From an uncultured Actinomycetes bacterium (lineage in GTDB: Bacteria > Actinomycetota > Acidimicrobiia > Acidimicrobiales > Microtrichaceae), in contig CAIQNH010000095.1 in assembly GCA_903873135.1 (NCBI GenBank), positions 1,327-65,326 on the forward strand: a stretch of 64,000 nucleotides of DNA, given 5' to 3'. How positions within the stretch are numbered: the first letter of the stretch is position 1; every line of letters begins with the position of its first letter. Shown one piece after another: positions 57,946 to 64,000 of this stretch. The translations under genes and the position numbers were made by a program. The notes under the pieces are model-generated. The model saw only the letters and a program-made list of their open reading frames with translations, did not search any database and was not told the origin of the DNA.

Positions 57946-58728
57946 GTGGTGCGCCGAGCCGACCTCACCGACCGCCCACCGCCGCGGTCCACCGACCTCG
58001 ACCCGCCCGACGTGGCGCTCGTGGTGGTGGCGCACCCCGACGACGCCGAGTTCCAGTGCGGCGGCACGATCGCCAAGTGGGCCCGCCTCGGCGCGGCGGT
58101 GCACCACCTGGTGCTCACCGACGGCTCCAAGGGGACCTGGGACGCCACCGCCGACACGACGGCGCTGGCCCGGCGACGACAGCTGGAGCAGGAGGAGGCC
58201 GCCGACCTGCTCGGCGGGACCTCCGTGACGTTCCTCGGCCTCACCGACGGCGAGCTCACCTCGGACGTGGCCAACCGGGACCGGGTGTGCGAGGTCGTCC
58301 GCCGTCTCCGGCCCGACGTGGTGCTCGGCCACGATCCGTGGAAGCGCTACCGACTGCACCCCGACCACGCTGCGGCCGGGCGGCTCGTCGTCGAGGGCAT
58401 CGTGGCGGCCCGTGACCCGTGGTTCGCCCCCGAGCAGCTCCGGGACGGACTGACACCCCACCGACCCCGGGCGCTCCTGCTGTTCGAGCCCGACGAGGCC
58501 GACCACGCCGAGACCTTCGGGGAGGCGGACCTGGACCGCAAGGTGGCCGCCCTGCTCGCCCACCGGAGCCAGTGGGAGACCACCCACCTGCACCACAGCC
58601 CGACCGGCGACGACGAGGCGCCGCTCGACGCGTTCCGCCGACGTGAGGCCGAGCTGGCTGCCGACGCGGGCAGGTGGGCCGGGGCACCGTTCGCCGAGGC
58701 CTACCACCTGCTCGACGACGAGCTCTGA
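57946..58728 (+). CDS. PIG-L/LmbE family deacetylase
   Basis: In-frame GTG at 57946, 3 nt after the cofC stop. Motifs VVAHPDDAEF and HPDH. Confidence 0.8.
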   Translation: MVRRADLTDRPPPRSTDLDPPDVALVVVAHPDDAEFQCGGTIAKWARLGAAVHHLVLTDGSKGTWDATADTTALARRRQLEQEEAADLLGGTSVTFLGLTDGELTSDVANRDRVCEVVRRLRPDVVLGHDPWKRYRLHPDHAAAGRLVVEGIVAARDPWFAPEQLRDGLTPHRPRALLLFEPDEADHAETFGEADLDRKVAALLAHRSQWETTHLHHSPTGDDEAPLDAFRRREAELAADAGRWAGAPFAEAYHLLDDEL

Positions 58729-58750
58729 GCCGTCGCCGGGGACCGGGGCC

Positions 58751-59569
58751 TCAGTTCCCGCCGGGCGAGGTGGTCGTGGTCGTGGTGCTCGACCCGGAGG
58801 GGGCGAAGTTCGCCGGGTCCAACCGGGTGAGGATGCGGTTCTCGACGGTGTCGATGAACTGCTCCGAGGTCTCCTCGGGGCCGGTCACCACGACGGCGAC
58901 GAGCAGGTCGCCGACGGCCAGGATCGACCACTCCGTCACGCCCGGCGGATCCTCGAGGGAACGGTAGGTCGCGCCGACGGCGTCGGTGATCGCCGGGGAT
59001 CCGGGTGGATCCTCGATCCGGGAGCGCACCGGACCGGTGAAGCTGCGGGCGTAGAACTCGTCGCAGTCCTTGAGCGCCCGGTCGACCTGCCCCACGTAGT
59101 CGCGGGCCGCCTGCCACTTGTCCACCCGCAGCGCCTGGCCGATCAGCACCGACCCGGTCTGCGGGTTGTCGAACACCACCGACTTCTTCTCGGAGAGCCC
59201 CGTGGGCAGGTCGACCTCGGTGCCGCAGAACGTGGACCCGAGGACCCCGAACGCACCGAGTGCGTCGTCGCCCGGCACCCACTCCACGGGCAGGTCCTCG
59301 GCGGCGACGAGCGCGGCGTCCGTGTCCGCCTTGCCGACCAGGTTGGCCTGGTCCAGACGGATGGCGCCGCTCGGGTTGAACTGCAGGCGGCTCACCGGGA
59401 ACGACACCAGCAGACCGAGCGCCACGCCGCTGACGGCGAGCAGCAGCAGGAGGGTCACGACCCTCGCCAGCTGGAGGCGGGCTCGCAGCAGGGCTCGGAC
59501 CACCGGACCACGGGGCTCCGACGACCGGCGCCGACGGGACGACCGGGTGGACGAGGACACGGAGGTCAC
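58751..59569 (-). CDS. hypothetical membrane-anchored exported protein
   Basis: The GTG overlaps the metG stop (GTGA). Basic N-terminus, one TM helix (VVTLLLLLAVSGVALGLLV) and a poly-Thr C-terminal tail. Confidence 0.55.
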   Translation of the reverse strand: MTSVSSSTRSSRRRRSSEPRGPVVRALLRARLQLARVVTLLLLLAVSGVALGLLVSFPVSRLQFNPSGAIRLDQANLVGKADTDAALVAAEDLPVEWVPGDDALGAFGVLGSTFCGTEVDLPTGLSEKKSVVFDNPQTGSVLIGQALRVDKWQAARDYVGQVDRALKDCDEFYARSFTGPVRSRIEDPPGSPAITDAVGATYRSLEDPPGVTEWSILAVGDLLVAVVVTGPEETSEQFIDTVENRILTRLDPANFAPSGSSTTTTTTSPGGN

Positions 59570-61332
59570 CCGTTCACCACCGGGTCGGCGCCGGGGGATC
59601 CGGCTGCGTCAGCGTCGCCACCGAAGCGATCCTCCCACGCGGCGATCTGCTCGTCGGCGACCTTCTCGAACAGCAGGCCGGGCGGGACCACCGCCGCCCC
59701 CGGCTGGACGGCGGCGAGCGCCCGGTCCACCAGGCCGGCGTCGAGGAGGCCGGCCGGTACGGTCGATCCGGTCAGGCAGGTGGCGAGCCGCTCGGCCGTG
59801 TGCGGGATGAACGGGATCGAGGCCACTGCGTCCACGACCGCCAGGACCAGCGCCGTGCGCAGGGTGCACGCCGTCCGGTCGCGGTCGGTCTTGACGGTCC
59901 GCCAGGGCTCCCGACGCTCCAGGTAGACGTTGCCCTCGGCCCACAGCGACCGCAGCGCGGCCGACGCCTTGCGGAACTCGAGGGCGTCCATGTGCACGAG
60001 GTACTCCCAGAGCCTGGCGCGGGCCGCGTCGAGCGCCTCCAGCTCCGGGGCCTCGGGCTCGCCACCGGCGGGGACCTGCTCGCCGAAGTGCCGGACGACC
60101 TGGGTGACGGTCCGGTTCACGAAGTTGCCGAGCGTGGCGACGAGCTCCTTGTTGACGGAGTCGGCGAAGAGCGGCCACGTGAAGCTGGTGTCGTCGGACT
60201 CCGGGGCGTTGGACACGAGGTACCAGCGCCAGTAGTCGGCCGGGAGCAGCTCGAGGGCGTCCGACATGAACACGCCGCGGTGGTCCGAGGTCGAGAACTT
60301 CCCGCCGTAGTACGTGAGCCAGTTGAACGACTTGAGCCGGTCCACCAGCTTCCACGGCTCACCGGAGCCGAGGAGCGTCCCCGGGAAGCCGATCGTGTGG
60401 AACGGCACGTTGTCCTTGCCCATGAACTGGGTGTACACGACGTCCTCGGCGCCGCGGTCGGTCCGCCACCAGCGGTCGAACTCGGCCTCGGCCCGGTCGG
60501 GCGTGCAGGTGAGGTCGGCCCACTCCCGGGTGGCGCCGAGGTACCCGATCGGCGCGTCGAACCACACGTAGTAGACCTTGCCGGCCGCCTCCGGGAACAC
60601 CTCGGGGTCGACGGGGAAGCCCCAGCTGAGGTCGCGGGTGATCCCCCGGTCCTGCAGCCCCTCGTCGAGCCACTTGTCGGCGATCGATCGCGTCAGCTGC
60701 GGCCACTCGGTGCGCGTGTCGACCCAGGCGCGGATGCGTCCGGCGAGTGCGGCCTGCCGCATGAAGACGTGCGCGCTCTCCCGCACCTCGAGCTCGGCGC
60801 TGCCCGAGATGGCGGACCGGGGTTCGATCAGGTCGGTCGGGTCGAGCTGCTTGCCGCACTGCTCGCACTGGTCGCCGCGGGCCCGCTCGAAGCCGCAGTT
60901 CGGGCACGTCCCGACCACGTACCGGTCGGGCAGGAACCGGCCGTCGGCCACGGAGTACACCTGCGGCGTGGACCGGATCTCGGTGAACCCCTCGGCGTGG
61001 AGCCGAGCGGCGAAGTGGTCGGTGAGCACTCGGTTCTGCGGTCGCGACGTCCGGCCGTAGTGGTCCCAGGACAGGCCGAAGCGCTCTCCCAGTTCCTTCT
61101 GGACCACGTACTGCTGGGCGCAGTACTCCTCGACCGGGAGTCCGGCCGCTACGGCGGCCAGCTCGGCGGGGGTGCCGTGTTCGTCGGTGGCGCAGATGGC
61201 CAGGACCTCGTGGCCGGCGGCACGCAGGTACCGGGCCGCCACGTCCGCCGGGAGCATGGAGCCGACCAGGTTGCCGAGGTGCTTGACCCCGTTGATGTAG
61301 GGCAGCGCACTGGTGATGAGGTGGCGGGCCAC
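59566..61332 (-). CDS. metG: methionine--tRNA ligase
   Basis: In-frame GTG at 61332 with AGGAG 12 nt upstream. HIGH-type motif PYINGVKHLGN, zinc knuckle CPNCGFERARGDQCEQCG, KMSKS-type motif KFSTS. Confidence 0.93.
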   Translation of the reverse strand: MARHLITSALPYINGVKHLGNLVGSMLPADVAARYLRAAGHEVLAICATDEHGTPAELAAVAAGLPVEEYCAQQYVVQKELGERFGLSWDHYGRTSRPQNRVLTDHFAARLHAEGFTEIRSTPQVYSVADGRFLPDRYVVGTCPNCGFERARGDQCEQCGKQLDPTDLIEPRSAISGSAELEVRESAHVFMRQAALAGRIRAWVDTRTEWPQLTRSIADKWLDEGLQDRGITRDLSWGFPVDPEVFPEAAGKVYYVWFDAPIGYLGATREWADLTCTPDRAEAEFDRWWRTDRGAEDVVYTQFMGKDNVPFHTIGFPGTLLGSGEPWKLVDRLKSFNWLTYYGGKFSTSDHRGVFMSDALELLPADYWRWYLVSNAPESDDTSFTWPLFADSVNKELVATLGNFVNRTVTQVVRHFGEQVPAGGEPEAPELEALDAARARLWEYLVHMDALEFRKASAALRSLWAEGNVYLERREPWRTVKTDRDRTACTLRTALVLAVVDAVASIPFIPHTAERLATCLTGSTVPAGLLDAGLVDRALAAVQPGAAVVPPGLLFEKVADEQIAAWEDRFGGDADAAGSPGADPVVNG

Positions 61333-61485
61333 GGGTCCGGGGAACTCCTGGGCTGGTGGGACGACGTGCGGACCACGTCGGCTGCGTCGGATCGTACCGG
61401 GAGGTACCTCGACCGGTCGTGCACGGCCCGGACGGCACCGTGCCCTCACCGTGTCGTCGCTGCGCCTGGGCGAGGGTGGTGACCG

Positions 61486-61491
61486 TAGGCT
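61486..61491 (+). promoter_or_regulatory. -10 hexamer TAGGCT for leaderless DUF429 gene
   Basis: TAGGCT, then 6 nt, then the GTG at 61498. Confidence 0.4.
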
Positions 61492-61497
61492 CACCGG

Positions 61498-62214
61498 GTG
61501 CCCGGCGACGCAGACGAGACGGCCCTCGTGGCGGGGGTGGACGGCTGCAGGGGCGGCTGGGTGGTGGTCGTGGCGGAGGTCGAGCCGTTCCGGGTCACGG
61601 CCGTCGACGTCGTCGGGGCCATCGCACCGGTCGTCGCCGACACCCGCCTCACGACGGTGGCGATCGACATGCCGATCGGCCTGCCCGAGGACGGGCCGCG
61701 GGCCTGCGACCGGACGTGCCGGGCGGCGATCGGACCGCGCCGCAGCTCGGTGTTCCCGGTTCCGGTCCGGGACGTGCTCGTCGCGAGCGACTACGCCGAC
61801 GCGCTCCGTCGCCAGCGGCACGCCACGGGGTCCGGACTCTCGGTGCAGGCCTGGGGGCTCGTCCCGCGGATCGCCGAGCTCGACGACGCCCTGGAGCAGG
61901 TCGGCCCGCGCCGCCGCGACCGGGTGGTCGAGACCCACCCCGAGCTGGCCTTCGCCACGCTCGGCGGCGCGCCGATGCGCCACCCCAAGCGGACGACGGC
62001 GGGGCGTCGGGAGCGCCTGGCGGTCCTGCGACCCCACGTGCCGGACCGGTGGACCCGACCGTCCTCGACCCCTCGCGGGGCCGCCGGCGACGACGTCCTC
62101 GACGCGCTGGTGCTCGCCGTGCGGGCAGCGGCGTGGGCCACCGGGGGCGCGGTCGTGGAGTTCGCCGACCCCCACCGGGACCGACGGGGACGGCGGGTGC
62201 GGATCAGGGGGTGA
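61498..62214 (+). CDS. DUF429 domain protein (predicted RNase H-like fold)
   Basis: Motifs VAGVDGCRGGWVVV, AIDMPIGLP, ETHPELAF and DDVLDALVLA. Confidence 0.7.
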   Translation: MPGDADETALVAGVDGCRGGWVVVVAEVEPFRVTAVDVVGAIAPVVADTRLTTVAIDMPIGLPEDGPRACDRTCRAAIGPRRSSVFPVPVRDVLVASDYADALRRQRHATGSGLSVQAWGLVPRIAELDDALEQVGPRRRDRVVETHPELAFATLGGAPMRHPKRTTAGRRERLAVLRPHVPDRWTRPSSTPRGAAGDDVLDALVLAVRAAAWATGGAVVEFADPHRDRRGRRVRIRG

Positions 62215-62240
62215 CCACCCCCGGCGTCGCGGGCCCGACC

Positions 62241-62246
62241 TACCAT
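62241..62246 (+). promoter_or_regulatory. -10 hexamer TACCAT for leaderless exonuclease gene
   Basis: TACCAT, then 6 nt, then the GTG at 62253. Confidence 0.4.
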
Positions 62247-62252
62247 GCGCGC

Positions 62253-62954
62253 GTGTCCGAGCCGAGGGAGTCCACCACCGAGGACCTGAGCGACCTGCCG
62301 CTCTACGGGCTCGACATCGAGACCGACACCGCGTCCGACGGCCTGGACCCCACACGCTCGGCCGTGGTGGCCGTGGCCGTGTGGGGCGGCCCGGTCGACC
62401 GGTCCGGTCACGGCCCGCACCCCGGTCCGAGCACCGCCGGGCCCGGCCACGTCGAGGACGTCCTCGAGGGCGAGGAGGCTGCGCTGCTGCGCCGGGTGGA
62501 CGAGACCCTGCTCCACCTGCCGCCCGGGGTGCTCGTGACGTGGAACGGCCGGGGCTTCGACCTGCCCTTCATCGCGGCTCGGGCCGAGCGCCTCGGCCTC
62601 ACGACCGGCCTCCGGATCGACCCGGCGACCGGCGAGGCCGTGTGGCACCGCCACCGCCACCTCGACGGACTCCGTACCTACCGGGCCGACGTCGGTCGCA
62701 CGCTCGGCATCAGCTGCGCGCTCAAGTCGCTGTCACGGTTCGTGGGACTGGAACCGGTCGAGGTCGACCGCACCCGCATCCACGACCTGTCGGCCGAGGA
62801 CCTCCGGGCCTACGTGCTGAGCGACGCCCGGCTCACCCACACGCTCGTCGCCCGGCGCTGGCCGTCGGCGGCGGGCTGGGTCGACCGGACGCCCGGAGGG
62901 GCGACCGGGTCCCCGTCCCCGGCCGCCGAAGCGGCGGCCGCCCGGGGCGCCTGA
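62253..62954 (+). CDS. DEDD-type 3'-5' exonuclease-like protein (RNase H-like superfamily)
   Basis: Exo I YGLDIETD, Exo II TWNGRGFDLPF, Exo III YVLSDARL. In-frame GTG within ORF 61356..62954. Confidence 0.65.
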   Translation: MSEPRESTTEDLSDLPLYGLDIETDTASDGLDPTRSAVVAVAVWGGPVDRSGHGPHPGPSTAGPGHVEDVLEGEEAALLRRVDETLLHLPPGVLVTWNGRGFDLPFIAARAERLGLTTGLRIDPATGEAVWHRHRHLDGLRTYRADVGRTLGISCALKSLSRFVGLEPVEVDRTRIHDLSAEDLRAYVLSDARLTHTLVARRWPSAAGWVDRTPGGATGSPSPAAEAAAARGA

Positions 62955-63039
62955 GAGACTCTCGTCCCGGTCGGCGTCGGACGATCGCCACCGGAGGAGA
63001 TCCGGACCGCCCCCGTCGGTCCCGCACCGTCGTCCCACC

Positions 63040-63909
63040 GTGACCCACGGAGGGACCGTGCACCACCCCGACCTGGACGAACTGCTCGACCTGGTGGCCG
63101 CGGTCGGACCCTGGACGCTGCTCGCCGTGCTCACCCCCGAGGGCCACGGATCGTCCGCCCCCGCCGAGCTGGCGGTGCGCGGACTCGACCCCGACCCCCG
63201 CTCCGGCGCTGCGACCATGTTCGGGGTCCGCGCTCCGGCGGGTACCACCGCCGTGGCCGTCGGCCTGGTCGGTGCGGCGCGGCCGCTCGGACCGCCGGAC
63301 GGAACCGGGTCGAGCGACGACCAGCCCGGCGGGTTGCCGGTCGACGGCACGACGCTCCACCTCGACCTGGTGCTCGACCGGTCCGGAACGCACCGGTGCC
63401 GCATCCGATCGCTGACCCCGGACGGCCGCGACCGGGTCGTGCGGGAGGAACCGGGCAGCGGCCTGGTCGTGGACGCCCTGCACTGCGTGCTCGGACTGCC
63501 CGCGCCCGGTGACCCTCCACCGTGCCCCGGGATCGGGATCGGACTCTGGTCGCACCGTCTGCTCGAGGCGGTCACGGGCGGCGCGCTGCCGACGTGGGAT
63601 GCCGCCGCCGCCCTGCACCCGGCGTGGGCCGGTCGCGCCGGCGCTCCACCGTCGCCCGAGACCCTCGCCGAGGCCGGTCGGCGATTCGACCGCAACGCCC
63701 GGTGGGACGACCTGCGGGAGCGGGCCGCCGCCGGAGATCTGGTCGCCCCGGAACTCTCCGCCGAGGACGCCGCCTGGCTGGACGCCACCACGTTCGGGCG
63801 CTGGTGCACACAGTCGGTGCCCCCGCCGTGGTTGACCGAACGTGAACTCCGGGCGAACGGTTGCGGAGCGGTCGATGGCTACCTGGAGGTCGTGCGCAGA
63901 TCCCGGTGA
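63040..63909 (+). CDS. hypothetical protein (289 aa)
   Basis: ORF with high-GC3 coding bias. No recognisable motif. Confidence 0.5.
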   Translation: MTHGGTVHHPDLDELLDLVAAVGPWTLLAVLTPEGHGSSAPAELAVRGLDPDPRSGAATMFGVRAPAGTTAVAVGLVGAARPLGPPDGTGSSDDQPGGLPVDGTTLHLDLVLDRSGTHRCRIRSLTPDGRDRVVREEPGSGLVVDALHCVLGLPAPGDPPPCPGIGIGLWSHRLLEAVTGGALPTWDAAAALHPAWAGRAGAPPSPETLAEAGRRFDRNARWDDLRERAAAGDLVAPELSAEDAAWLDATTFGRWCTQSVPPPWLTERELRANGCGAVDGYLEVVRRSR

Positions 63910-63963
63910 CCGGCGGCCGGTCGGGGCCTCCCCGAGGGCTCGTCGTGGCCTAGTCTCCTGCGC

Positions 63964-64000
63964 GGTGAGCGGCGTCGTCTTCGACCGGGTGAGCAAGCGG
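63964..64000 (+). CDS. start of a probable ABC transporter ATP-binding protein (truncated by the window end)
   Basis: GTG then SGVVFDRVSKR, which resembles the typical N-terminus of sugar-type ABC ATPases. Only 12 codons are visible. Confidence 0.3.

Noticed and set aside
61333-61497. A T-box or other riboswitch in the 165 nt region upstream of metG.
   Set aside because: There is one short hairpin (GACGTG-gtccg-CACGTC). I could not find a T-box consensus (AAnnnGGGTGGnACCGCG), a specifier-loop layout or a terminator/antiterminator pair. The region is also shared with the divergent DUF429 promoter.

Overview
High-GC actinobacterial-type chromosomal segment, almost entirely coding: about 65 CDS and 2 tRNAs. 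I found no rRNA, CRISPR array, transposase, integrase or recognisable transcription factor. Most of it is conserved housekeeping. 1-3.9 kb holds the carotenoid cyclase halves, idi and sulfite/APS reduction. From 37.2 kb down to 17 kb there is a long minus-strand core block: tig-clpP-clpX-folC, mreBCD-mrdA-rodA, a radical-SAM pair, rne, rplU-rpmA, obg-proB. metG, gpsA, rnhB, msrB and two tRNAs (Pro-UGG, Gly-UCC) lie elsewhere. The less ordinary parts are listed here. (1) A 7.8 kb plus-strand block sits between proA and proB and encodes TerB-AAA+, two PBP-like exported proteins (one fused to vWA), a TM coiled-coil protein, MurJ and PspA. It is my best candidate for an undescribed envelope module. 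(2) An orphan MoxR/CoxE-type vWA pair is followed by a GNAT-like/cupin bicistron. (3) After tRNA-Gly comes an accessory-looking stretch: PhyH, a NosD-like beta-helix lipoprotein, DUF1996, a cupredoxin, a DprE2-like SDR and a DUF6325-like/SHOCT pair. (4) An Abhydrolase_9-type membrane hydrolase is translationally coupled to a CPBP protease. (5) A DUF429 / DEDD exonuclease / unknown trio. At sequence level, TANNNT hexamers sit 6-8 nt upstream of many start codons. This implies leaderless transcripts and back-to-back divergent promoters, and I used it to refine several starts. Many long ORFs in the six-frame track are antisense high-GC artefacts and are not reported. All family calls come from reading the translations by eye; no database search was run. 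Start codons are inferences.
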